Origin: Eledone cirrhosa | Taxonomy: Eukaryota | Length of the DNA: 64,000 bases | Assembly (NCBI GenBank): GCA_964016885.1 | Contig: OZ024741.1 | Location: forward strand, 331,700,001-331,764,000 | Direction: 5' to 3' | Shown here: positions 12,991 to 25,209 of the stretch, piece by piece | Layout of the letters: each line of letters opens with the position of its first letter | Numbering within the stretch: the stretch's first letter is position 1 | Translations under genes and position numbers: made by a program | Notes under the pieces: generated by a model | Seen by the model: only the letters and a program-made list of their open reading frames with translations | Database searches by the model: none | What the model was told of the DNA's origin: nothing

Positions 12991-13495
12991 ATAAGTATAT
13001 GTGTGTGCAAATATAAAGGGGGGGGGGGCAGAGAAACAAGCAAACAACAAAAACATCCTTACTACCTCACCTCTCCCCTACAATCTCCCCTTCTTCCTCT
13101 TCCCCTGTTTAATTTCTTTGTAAAAGACAATTGACATTTTTGTTTTCTGTAATTTCCTTTTAGAGGAATATTGGGTTTTCTTATCCACCACTACCACAAC
13201 TACCACAACCACCGCCACCACCAGCACCACCAACAACAACAGTAATAACAATAACACCACCACCACCATCAACAACAAAAAGAACAGCAATAACATTACC
13301 ACCAACAACAATAACAAAAACAACAGTAACAACAATAATAATAACAGCAATAACAACAACAATAACAACAACAGAAATAATAACAACAACAATAACAACA
13401 CCAACAACAGCAGCAATGACACTATGCAATGAAGTGTTAGAAAACTGAGTCTTGCAAACTTTGAAAAAGGTTATTGGCAGTTGTGAGTGGTTGAT

Positions 13496-13558
<63 letters not shown>

Positions 13559-13691
13559 TATATATATAATTATATATATATGTATATATAATAAATGTAA
13601 TCTGAGTCTTATTTTAATATTTGTATATATATATATGTATATATATATGTATATACATACATATATATATATATACATACATACATATATT

Positions 13692-13749
<58 letters not shown>

Positions 13750-13911
13750 ATACATATATAGACAATAGAGAGGAAATTGTAGTTGAAGTTCTAAAGAATT
13801 GGAAATGGAATCAATGAAGTAGATTCATTTTAACCCTTTTAATATCAACCCAACTCAACCCAACTCAACCCAACTGGTCCTATAAAACACATAGACATAC
13901 ACACACACATA

Positions 13912-14008
13912 CAGGGTGTCCCAAAAAATGAATACACACTTTGATTATCCGTACAGGTAATATTTATTAGAATGTTGTTGAAGAGTGTATACATTTTTGG
14001 AGGACAGC

Positions 14009-14011
<3 letters not shown>
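13912..14011. mobile_element. About 100-bp mariner/Tc1-type MITE
   Basis: TA|CAGGGTGTCCCAAAAAATG...CATTTTTGGAGGACAGCCTG|TA. Related copies lie at about 2238-2330, 28995-29073 and 38255-38320. Confidence 0.7.
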
Positions 14012-14081
<70 letters not shown>

Positions 14082-14083
<2 letters not shown>

Positions 14084-14430
14084 AGCCGAATTACCCGCGC
14101 CTTGCTGCATTCCACACATTTTTTTGTAAGAAAATGAAGATTGATTTTAAATCAGTGATATAATTTATGGAGAAAAACTATACATTTCAATATTACTCAA
14201 TGTAAAATATAATGCATGAAAAATTGGAAAACATTATTTTTTGTAATATATCAAATCAAAATTACATTATTAAATCATATTCTTATTTTCTTTCTTGTAA
14301 ATAATTCTTTTCAAAATATCAATTCAAAACTTGATCATTTCATTTTTGTGTAAAGCATTATTTTATTTGGGATTCCAAAATTTTCACTATAGGGGGTTTA
14401 ACCCCATTAGGGTGTCTTAATATTATTGAA
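14082..14430 (-). mobile_element. Possible Helitron 3' terminal fragment
   Basis: The minus strand ends GCAGCAAGGCGCGGGTAATTCGGCTGG|T, a GC-rich subterminal segment plus CTRR, against (TA)n. The 5' limit is uncertain. Confidence 0.4.
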
Positions 14431-14431
14431 A

Positions 14432-15926
14432 TATCATCATCATCATCATCATCTTCGTTTAACGTCCGTTTTTCATGCTAGCATGGGTTAGACGGGAGTT
14501 GTCCCACTTGAGGCAAGGTGGTCGGGTGACCGTGTCTCGCTCATATAGGACTATCTGGCAGGTTTTCTACAGCTGGATGCCCTTCCTAACACCAACCACA
14601 TTTACAGTGTGGGACTGGGAACTTTTTACCGTGTTACCTACATGACTGTGTGTGTTTTTTTTGCCGTGACACCTACACGAACTTGATCTCATTTTCTCGT
14701 GCTGTTGGTGGGAGTGGGAGGATAGATTGGGGTGTATATTTGGTTAAGAGGTGCCTACTGACTGTAGGTTTCGCTTTGTACGTAGGCAAGGTGGGTCTTC
14801 TGTATTACTGCGTAGCGCCAAAGATCTCGGTCCAGAGACATTGTCTTAGAGAGATGTGTGTGAGGTCGGAATTTATCAGATCATCCCAGGTTTTTCTGGG
14901 TCTACCTATTCTGTAACTACCATCAATTTTGATCGGCCTTCACTTTTTTATGCAGCTGTCATCTTTCATGCGCATCACGTGACCATACCAATGTAGTCTT
15001 CTCTCAAGTAAACAGCATCTGATCCCTCTTATTCCTAATTTCTCACTTAGTTCATTTATGCTTTGCCATTCACGTATATTACTATTACACATCCAATGGA
15101 GCATGCATGCTTCGTTCCTTTCCAGTCTACACAGGTCCTCTGCACATAATGCCCATGTCTCACTGCCATGTAGCATTGCTGTTCGTATACAGGCATCATA
15201 CAATCTGCCTTTCATTTTTAGAGAGAAACCTTTTGTGGCCAACAGTGGTATAAGCTCTCTGAACTTTTTCCATCCCGTTCTGACTCTGGCTACTGTACTT
15301 TCAGAACACCCTCCACCACTGCTGATTTCGTCACCCAGGTAACGGAAAGTGTCTACTATTTCTATAGAACCATCTGGGCAATGGAAGGAGCTAGTATCCT
15401 TTGGACACTTGCTACTTATTGCACCTGAGCATTGGCCACATATAAAGTCTACGTTCTGAGATAGTTTACCTGTGATCCCACTACATCTTTTATGTACCCA
15501 TACTTTGCATTTGGGACATAAAATGGAATTTCTGCCTACTCCTTTCCTACACACTGAGCATGGCCATTTCCCTGAGGGCACCTGTGCCCTATTTTCCTTT
15601 CTACAAACTAGAACTTTAGTCTTAGACAAGTTAACTTTAAGGCCGTTTGATTCTAGGCCATGCTTCCATGCTTTGAATTTCTTCTCTAGTTCAGCCATTG
15701 ATTCAGCTATGAGTGTTAGATCATCTGCGTATAGGAGTTCCCATGGGCAGCCGGTCTTGAACTCCTCTGTTATAGCCTGAAGGGCAATAATAAATAAGAG
15801 GGGGCTAAGGACAGAGCCTTGATGAACACCAACTTTTACACTAAATTCTTCACAATATTCATTGTTAATTCTAACCTTACTGACTGTTTCATTATACATA
15901 ACTTGTATAGCTCTCACAAGCATCAT
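14432..15926 (-). mobile_element. RTE-clade LINE, 5'-truncated (RT with zinc-finger insert, 3' UTR, (GAT)n tail)
   Basis: The 328-aa ORF has GVHQGSVLSPLLF, LLYADD, WPCSVC...CPKC..WVHKRC...CGQC, FRYLGD, LHGSETW and RLHWYGHV, followed by a (GAT)n tail. Confidence 0.92.
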
Positions 15927-16186
15927 ATCTTGTCAAAATGGGTTTGTTAATTCAAATGTTTATAGCATCTTTACTGATGGACAGACTGTTGTAAACATTT
16001 GCTGTAGTAAAGTAAAGACTTCAATTTCTAATGTGATTTAGTAAGATAGATATATTTAGAAACAATTACTCCCTCAGTCAACTTTAAGGTCACTCTACCA
16101 TTTCGGTCAATCCCATGGACAGCTCCCTTTACTACTAGTAATGGTTCATTTCTACTCTACTAATTAAAAACCATTAATCTGGATAC

Positions 16187-16400
16187 CTAAATATGGAATG
16201 TTATGTGATGGGGTTCCCCCACAGCCCCGGCGGACAGGATGGAGACGGCATACCCATGGAAGATGGGAAGGGAGACGCGCTGGAAAAGCCACTCCAACTC
16301 GCAGGGTTCACACTTGCAGCTGGCCAGCTCAGCGGCTATGGTGGTGAGTAGGGAGGTAGCCCTAGGGCCGAGGACACCAGAAGTCTCCACTGCCAGGGTT
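16187..16400 (-). mobile_element. CRE-type (restriction-like endonuclease) non-LTR retrotransposon C-terminal remnant
   Basis: LAVETSGVLGPRA...WLFQRVSLPIFHGYAVSIL matches the ExxGxxG...FQRxSxxIxxGNAxSI pattern of CRE C-termini. Confidence 0.65.
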
Positions 16401-16932
16401 ATGTTGTCTTGTTAATGTAAGTTCATGTAGAGGACGTTAAGAATGAAAAAGTTCCTATTTAAATTAAAATCTTCCAACAAAATTATATATAAGAGGTATG
16501 TGTGTATTTGTTTTATAAATATGATCATAATAATGAAATAATTAATAACTTTTAGTAAATCCTTCCTAATTCATATTTAAACATAGCCAAATTCAGTTCT
16601 AGTCCTGTGAAATAAGCCACCGATTTTAAAGGGTTCCTATTTAAATTAAAATACGGTTAATTGGCAGAGTCATTAGAATGTCAAATAAAATGCTTTTCAG
16701 TATTCATTCCGGCTATTTGCTCTCTGAGTTCAAATCTCACCGAGGTCAACTTAGCCTTTCATCCTTTCCATCTCGATAAAAAAATGTTTCAGACAAGTAC
16801 TGGGGTCGATTCTATTTTGCAAGTGGCTGAGCATTCCACAGACATGTGCACTCAATGTGACACAGTGGGTGACATAGCTGAATCTTTGAATTACATGTAC
16901 AACTCATTTTGGCCAGCTGAACAGTTGAGTCT

Positions 16933-16975
<43 letters not shown>

Positions 16976-17069
16976 AAACTCACACCTACATACAGACACA
17001 TAAACACACATACACACATAGATATATATATATATTTATATACACATATTCATATATTTACACACACAC

Positions 17070-17109
<40 letters not shown>

Positions 17110-17159
17110 TCATCATCGTTTAACGTCCATCTTCCACGCTTGCATATATATATATATAA

Positions 17160-17221
<62 letters not shown>

Positions 17222-17667
17222 GCATACATACATAGATACATGCACATATACATACATGAGAAAAGACACTTGTGTTTGGCATATAAAAGTAATCCATGAT
17301 GGTGTGGAGTGGGGGTCCATCAAATCTCCCTATATAAAGGTATGTGTTGTATGGAGTGGGGCTGCAATACAATCTCTATACCCAGTCCCTTTTCTTGTTA
17401 TTTTAATATTCTAACCTGACTGCAATTTATTATTATTTATTGATTATTTATTATTATCTATTGATTAATGTCTTCCTTGCTTTGTTTGTCAAACCCTATT
17501 TTATTCAATGTAACCCCTTGCCCTCATCGCTTTATTGTTATTTTCTTCTGTATTCCACCTTTGTACAATCCCCAATGTCTTGGACCGGTATGCCTCATAA
17601 AAGATAGCATCATCCTTCTTTTTCTTCTCCTCCTCCTTCTTCTTATGATCATTATTATTACTATTAC

Positions 17668-17737
<70 letters not shown>

Positions 17738-17785
17738 ATTTTGTATTGTCTCCTACATGTCGGCCCTTGTGGCTAATAAATGAAA

Positions 17786-17833
<48 letters not shown>

Positions 17834-18772
17834 TGACAATAAATTCCATCCATTCATTCATAAGAATTGATTCATCTAATAGCTGAGAGTTTTATTTTAC
17901 AATGTTTAGAAATGTTCTGTAATCTTAATAGCTACTATTATTGCTGCTGTTATTGTTGTTGTGTATGTAATGTAACATTAACACTGAAGATGTAAGCCTG
18001 AGTTTGGTGAGAGACAATAGAATAAATTCAGTAGCAGAGATAGGAAGGAATAATGCTTTAACAAGAAGCCAACGTTTAAAATCTGGAATGGAGATATAGA
18101 AAAGGGAGAGCACTGTTATGCTAATAAATCTCAATGAGTTATTGTTATAAAGATCTTAAAGGAAACTGAATTTCTTATCCAAAGTCGTTAAGACGTTAAA
18201 GTCAGTTTCATAAATCATTTTAAAGATAGACTGGTTAAGCATTAAACCCCTTTTGATACCACCCCTAGCTCTCTCATACAAAACTCTTTGTTTTAAAGTG
18301 TTTACATTTATCTAAAATCCTTCCATCATAATTTTATGTAAGAACTTTTGTTAAGTTATGTTCCAAACCACTTGAAACCACCTCTAGTTCTACAATACAA
18401 AACTGTTTATTTTAAATTATTTATATTCATCTTAAAACCTTCCATCATAATTTTATGTAAGAACCTTTCTTAAGTTATCTTCTAAACACCAGCTTAATAA
18501 GAAAGTTAGTTATATATGATTAAATTCTTCTAAATTTGTGTCTTTCAATAGAAATATGGTAATGAAAGGATTAAAATATATTTATCTAAAAACCTTCCAT
18601 CATAATGGTATATAAGAACCATTTTAATAATCCATCCTTGTTCTTGAATAATTTTGAAAATGATTTGAAAATCTTAGGCGGTGTTTTCTATTTGAAATAC
18701 AACGATGAAATGTTTAAGGAAATTATTTCTATGAGACATTAAGTTGCTTCAATGTAGTTTTTTTTACAATGA

Positions 18773-18946
18773 AAGTTGGGCATATAAGGCCCCAGAAAGG
18801 AAAAACTGAGCACTTTCACTTGTGGGAAACGAACTCACACCTACAGTATGCTGGACAGCTGCTTTACATATGGCAAATGTGAGCTCAATTTTTGCAGGTG
18901 ACACTGACCAATTGTTTTCCCTTCTAGGGGTGTATATGCCCAACTT
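18773..18946. repeat. Degenerate palindromic element about 500 bp upstream of the protocadherin exon
   Basis: AAGTTGGGCATATAAGGCCCCAGAAAGGAAAA is matched by TTTTCCCTTCTAGGGGTGTATATGCCCAACTT. Confidence 0.6.
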
Positions 18947-19427
18947 GGTATATCTTGGCTTATGTTGTTTCTAGTTTCATCATTTTCGAAGTTACAGTGT
19001 TTTTTCTTAATATTTTATGACAAAAATAAACCCTGTGTTATGTTGATTGACTCAAACTTACATCCATCTGCCAAATGACAGGTTTTTTTTTTTTTTACTA
19101 AAACTGCCTTATTTAAAATGCACACAGATAATATTGTACTGTACTGTATATTGTATGTATGTTAAAGTACAGCACTGGGAAATGCCTATTAGTTGTTTAC
19201 AGAGCAGGGGTGGGGGTTAATGGGTTAATTCAGCATTTGTTGTTTTTCAACTTAAGTCTTGACTTCTGTAACCAATTAACAATGTAGGGTGAGATATACC
19301 TGTGAGCTATACCGCCCCCCCAGGCAAAAAAATCTATGTTGAAATAGTTTACATCAAGCTAACATACTTCGAAAATTTAAAATAAAGTTTATTTTATTTC
19401 ACCAGTTTATTATGATATCTAATGTTA

Positions 19428-19450
19428 ATTTTTTTTTTCTTAATTTCAGG
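19428..19450 (+). promoter_or_regulatory. Splice acceptor of the large protocadherin exon
   Basis: A T-tract TTTTTTTTTTTCTTAATTTCAG|G (AG at 19448-19449) lies just before the start codons, implying an upstream 5' UTR exon. Confidence 0.7.
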
Positions 19451-19510
19451 CCAAAGATATTTTTCTGAGTGATTAAGATGGTGTTAATTGTGCAAGTTAG
19501 CAGCAGAGAT

Positions 19511-21910
19511 ATGTTAGCTGAAACTTGTATAATTATGTTGCTCTTACAAAGGTGTTTCTCCATTGATTTGACTTACCATGTTGAAGAAGAAAAGAACCCT
19601 GGAACTTACATTGCAAACATTGCAGCAGATTCCTTGCTTATGGACAATGTTGCATTGCAAGACCATGGACAGATTACATTCAATCAATTACAACAGAGAC
19701 AAACAGAAATTACTCAATTATTTAATGTCTCAAAGACTGGGAAACTTTACACCACGGAGAAAATTGATGCCGAGCTTCTTTGTACGTATAATACAGAGTG
19801 TTTCCGAATAATCAAAGTAGCTGTCCATAGAGCTGATTCCTTCATGCGAATATTGAAGATAAAAGTATATATTGAAGATGTTAATGATAACTACCCTGTG
19901 TTTCCAAAAGAGAGCATCAGCATAGAATTCTCAGAAGAACACAGCAAAGGAGTGAAAAGATCTTTGCCAAATGCCATAGATCGAGATGTTAGTTTTCGTA
20001 ATTCCCAAGTGACGTATGTCTTGGAAAAAAACCTTGATGAACCGTTCACACTTTCTGTGACGAAGAGAGGTTTTGGAACGTCGGAGTTAGGAATCGTCTT
20101 AGAGGAGAGTCTTGATCGAGAAATAAAGGATACTTATATGTTACAAGTTATAGCCAAAGATGGTGGCGTTTCACCAAGACAAGGAGCGTTGAAGGTTCAA
20201 ATATCAGTGATAGATGTAAATGACAACCCCCCTGTGTTCTCAGACAATATGTATAATGTGTCAATTAAAAACACACACAGAACATCTGTACCAATAACTA
20301 TTTTGTCTGCAAAAGATTTAGATTATGGTAAGAACAGCCAGGTTTCTTATCATTTCAATTCGAAAACATCAGCAGCCACTAAAAGACAATTCAGATTAGA
20401 TGAAAACACTGGGGAAGTTTTCTTAAGAGGAAAAGTTTCTACAAACCGTGTGCCAAGTTTAAAATTATATATTGACGCAACTGATGGTGGAAATCCTCCA
20501 TTGAGTTCAATTGTTTTAGTTTTAGTGAATATTGTCAGCCAACAGAACAATGCTCCAACTATTGAAATAAATTTTGTCTCTCGTTTGAAGGAGAACGTTG
20601 CCGCCATATCAGAAGGGATCAAAGTAGGAAGCTTCATTGCATATGTCAACGTCATTGACAATGATGTTGGACTGAATGGTGAAGTTGACTGTGAAATAAC
20701 ACACGAGAAATTCCAGTTGTTAAACTTGGGATCAAATGAGTATAAAATAATAATGAAAAAACAGGTGGATAGAGAAATAAAAGAATTTTATGATATTCAG
20801 CTCATATGTCAAGATAAAGGATCCCCTTCACTGAAAACGTTGAGAAAGTTCTCCATCCAAGTGATGGATGTCAATGATGTTCAACCTCAATTTACTAAAG
20901 ATACTTTTAAATTTTTGACCTATGAAAATGAAAAGCCAAGTTTTCCAGTTGGGTTCATTAATGCAACTGACCCTGATTTGGGAGCTGGAGGTCGACTAAC
21001 TTATTATTTGACGGGAAATCGGAAAAAGATTTTCCCTTTTGAAATCACAAATAATGGATTCATTTCTACAATTCAATCATTAGACCGTGAACAACAAGAT
21101 ATTTATGAATTCCAGGTTTTTGTCAAAGACAATGGTTCCCCTTCACTGAACAACACAGCAAAAGTTATTGTTGAAGTCATGGATGAGAATGATAATGCTC
21201 CTTATTTCACATTCCCTAGTGTTAATCCATTCAATTTAGATGTCCACTATCACCCACAGAGTAAAAATGACATCACAGTTATCAGAGCTGCTGATAGAGA
21301 CAGCCATGTAAATTCCTTTTTAAAATACGAAATAGTTGGGGGAAACAATAAACATTTATTTACTGTAAACCCTTATGCTGGGGTGTTATCTTTCTCTCGC
21401 ACAGTTTATCAAAATGATGCTGGCTCATACAATCTTCTGTTAGTTGTCAAAGACAGTGGCAGTCCAATACTATCTGCAACCACCACTCTGTCTTTAACAC
21501 TGACTGTAAGTAATAAGACAGCTAAAATACAGACTACAGTACAGTTACAGTCTGAAGATATGATAGATATCAACTGGGTTATAGTAATTGCAGTAATTGC
21601 AGTCTTACTGGCAGTAGCTGTTGCTGTTTTTGTGACTATGTGCATTGTTAAGTGTAACAATATTAATTCACACAATCAAAATATCAATCCTAAACTTCAT
21701 ATAAAAAAAGAAAAAAGACTATTAATCTCAAGAGCGAGTACACCAGGTACAATAAGCAGTAATCCTGGGACAATAACAAGAACTCCAGAAGGAGAAAGGA
21801 GTAGAAATATTCAAGCAACAGAAGTGGGTAACCAGCTTTACCCTGGAAGTGAATTACAGAATGAATGGCGGTCATCTTGTATCGCTAGAGGACTTTTACC
21901 ATCCACACAG
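19511..21910 (+). CDS. Protocadherin (cephalopod-expanded type), large first coding exon: signal peptide, 6 EC repeats, TM, partial cytoplasmic tail
   Basis: 849-codon ORF with signal peptide MLAETCIIMLLLQRCFS (alternative ATG at 19478). Cadherin motifs include IDAE..C-x5-C, DVNDNYPVF, LDRE, DVNDNPPVF, DVNDVQPQF and DENDNAPYF, followed by TM WVIVIAVIAVLLAVAVAVFVTMCIV. A phase-0 donor CAG|GTAAGT lies at 21910/21911. I could not identify the downstream exon(s). Confidence 0.93.
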
Positions 21911-22117
21911 GTAAGTTTCAATTTCTGGCAACGTTTCTTCAATAATATTGTCTGTTGTAGCAGACTATGCCTCCTAGAAGGGTATTTTAATGTAGTTCTG
22001 GCAACTTTTCTTCGATAATGTATTTATTTTCACACAGGTAAGTTTCTATTCCTGGCAAGTTGTCTTCCATAATATATTTGTTATTGCAGAGTATGTCTTC
22101 TAGAAAGATATTTTGAT
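21904..22117 (+). repeat. 127-bp-period tandem duplication of the exon/intron boundary
   Basis: CACACAGGTAAGTTTCAATTTCTGGCAACG... at 21904 recurs as CACACAGGTAAGTTTCTATTCCTGGCAAG... at 22031. Confidence 0.85.
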
Positions 22118-22509
22118 GGAAATAAACCTACCTAGTCTTGTAGTTCTTCATTTCAATTCTTAAAAATTATTTACTGGTATGTTTTGTAATCAATAGTGTA
22201 TCAACTATAGTATATATTTTAAATGCATGATTTGGGAGAAAATTACCTAGGGACGCCTTGTGCATAAAATACATTATTAGTTCACATCCCACCAAGTCAA
22301 ACTTTGCCTTTTATCCTTCATTACAATAAATTAATGTACCAGTCAATTACTGGGTTTGATTTAATCAATTTTCCTTTCCCTTCAAACTGCAAGCCTTGTA
22401 CTTCCTGAATTAGAAATAATTTCTAACATAAAAGTTCTTGCATAAATTTGTATTGAAAGATTTAAACATTATACCTGAACCATTTAAAAATGGGTGGCTT
22501 CATTCCATA

Positions 22510-22790
22510 AAGGTAGAGGCAGTTTTAGGTGGGGATTTTAGTAAATGCAGTTTTAGTGGGGTGGGTGTGAAATGGTTAAGCCCCCACATAACTTTGTAGA
22601 GGCAGTTTTAAGGGCGTTGGTAGTGAAATGCTTAAGCCCCCACATAATGTAATAGAGGGAGTTGTAGGGATGGTGGTGACAATGAAAGTGTTAAACCCTC
22701 ACATAACTTAGTACAGACATTTTTAGGGGGGTTAGTATCGAAAGGGTTAACAGATTAAGACATAACTTAAGCCCCCACTTAACTATATGT
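22510..22790. repeat. Degenerate tandem repeat of about 62 bp
   Basis: GTAGAGGCAGTTTTA...GAAATGGTTAAGCCCCCACATAACT recurs about 4 times. Confidence 0.6.
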
Positions 22791-23605
22791 TATTAATGAG
22801 TGTGTGTTGTCATTTAAAATATATGCTATAGTTCACACAACAAATCTAAAGTTGTACACCTAAAACTAGCCCAAAGATCATTCCCTGAGTAAATATACAA
22901 TCTATATAATATAGATAAGTGATATGTGTATTGACTGCAATATAGACCATAATAATTGTCTCTTGTGCAGACCTTACATAAATGTTATATTTACATATTA
23001 CTAAAACTGGGAATTTATATTTCTGTTTGTGCATTCCTTGAAACAGTAAAAATACTCCATTGTATCACAAATATTTTGACTAATCTATTCCTAAACACAA
23101 GTCCCTTAACCTGAAATAACTTCCAGTACATTTCTGAGGCTGCAACCCTCAAGATCAAAGAATGTTTTTCTTTATTTTATCAATACCTTAAAGTCATTGC
23201 CAGACATTCATGGAAGAGAGACAAAAATAACACACAAGTAAACACAAACAAGTACACAGATATATATATATATATATGAAACGCACACACAAAACATACC
23301 AAACAGATACAGACACACACATATATATCACCCACACACATACATACACAAATACAGATCCCCCCCCCTCACACACAAAATAGCTATGTAGACAAGATAT
23401 ATATATATAAATACATGTTTTGTTATCAATCATGGCAAGATATACACTAATCTTATTTCTTGAATAAATGGATGTTACATTTTGGCTACAACAGTGCCTT
23501 CAGGTGGTAGAGCGCATGTTAATATATATAACGAATTTTACACACACACACATACACACACACACATGCAAACACATATACGCAAATGCACACACACATA
23601 GATGC

Positions 23606-23640
<35 letters not shown>

Positions 23641-23655
23641 AATATATATATGAAA

Positions 23656-23686
<31 letters not shown>

Positions 23687-24410
23687 GGACATATGTGTAT
23701 CTATATATGTATATGTATGTTTGTGTGTGCATGCATGTGTGTGCATGTCTGTGTGTATGTATGTGTGTGCCTATCTGTTATTTCCTTATATGGTGTGTTA
23801 TTGAAATACAATTAATAATTTTTGGAAGTAAAAGTAAAAACAACTCCATTTATCTATGCACCAATAATATAAACAATATGTTTGAAATAATAAAGTGATA
23901 CAGAATTTCCATGATTCTCATTCAGCAAATTGCCCACCAGCTTAGTGTTTTATTTCCCAGGCAACGCCCGATATCATTCTAGTTTTATTTTTTTTAAATC
24001 TCCTTCTTTTATCATTTATATATTATATGAGATATGGTTATACAACTTATAAAGTTCAACTGGCAAATACATTTTAAATATTCTTATTAGTGCAGGCATA
24101 ACTGACATGTTAAGAAGTGTCTTTCACAATTGTATGGTTTTGGGTTCTATCTCACTTAATGGCACTTTGGGCCACGTGTCTTCTACCATAGCCTTGAGTT
24201 ATACAATAGCTTGTGAGTGAGTTTGTTAGATGGAAACTGTACAAACTCATCATATATATATATATATATATGATAATAATGATAATATTTATACTTATAT
24301 ATATAATCTATATATAATTATAAATAAGATAAGAGTAATAGTTTGTATTACCCAATTACCAGTAAGAAAATAAGCTCAATGTAAAATATCAGATATATTA
24401 CAGAGCAGAA

Positions 24411-24684
24411 ATACAACATAGAAAACAATCCAATTTTTGTTTAATGCATTCAATTGCTGATGATCGTTTTTTCCAGACAAATGTCTGGAATCATGGGAGC
24501 ATACACAATGATAAAACAAATAAATAAATTCCTAATCCTTAGAACATTCATTAAGATACATTATAATTAATAGTGTCAGTAGCAATATATTGAAGAGTAA
24601 GAAGAACAAAATGATATTACAAGAAAAGAATAGTAAAATAGTTAAATGCATTAAACAAAAATTTGATTGTTTTCTATGTTGTAT
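24411..24684. repeat. Inverted repeat (40-bp arms) enclosing a degenerate hammerhead (24455-24501, minus)
   Basis: ATACAACATAGAAAACAATCCAATTTTTGTTTAATGCATT is matched by its reverse complement at 24645-24684. The minus strand reads TGCT-cccATGA-TTCCAGAC ATTT GTCTGGAA-aAAA-CGATCA-TC-AGCA. Confidence 0.7.
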
Positions 24685-24710
24685 ATACATACATATATAT
24701 TATAAATATA

Positions 24711-25162
24711 CAGTAGAACCTCACAGTACAAGTGCCCCATTGTATGAGTAATTTGCTGTACGAGCTGAGGCTCGTGGGAATTTTTGTCTTGTAGTATGAG
24801 TGGAAATCCGCAGTATGAGCGAGTTTCATACAAGTGACTGCTAGTCGGCGCTGAGCTCACACATGCTCTCCCAACAAGCGCACCCTCCGCTCACTCAGTT
24901 GATGTGTTTATCTCATTGTGGCAGCATACCTATTGTGTTTTTTCCAGTGTTTTATTTTTTAGTTTTCTGTGTCTTTTGATATTATTTCATAATAACTGCA
25001 CCTTTTCTGTTTTAAAACCCATAAAAAATGGTTTTGGTGGACTGCAACGGATTATTTATATTTTAATTAATTTTAATAGGGAAAATAGATTTGTAAAACA
25101 AGTAAATCGCAAAACGAGCTTGGTCATAGAACAAATTAAAATCGTATTGCAACGTATCACTG
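24711..25162. mobile_element. Tigger/pogo-type MITE
   Basis: TA|CAGTAGAACCTC...GTATCACTG|TA termini with the subterminal TACGAG/CTCGT motifs typical of Tigger-derived MITEs. Confidence 0.7.
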
Positions 25163-25177
25163 TATACACACACACAT

Positions 25178-25209
<32 letters not shown>

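Noticed and set aside
21911-22018. ORF extension as the true protocadherin C-terminus
   Set aside because: It follows a consensus donor CAG|GTAAGT and is most likely intron read-through. It is kept only as a possible isoform.
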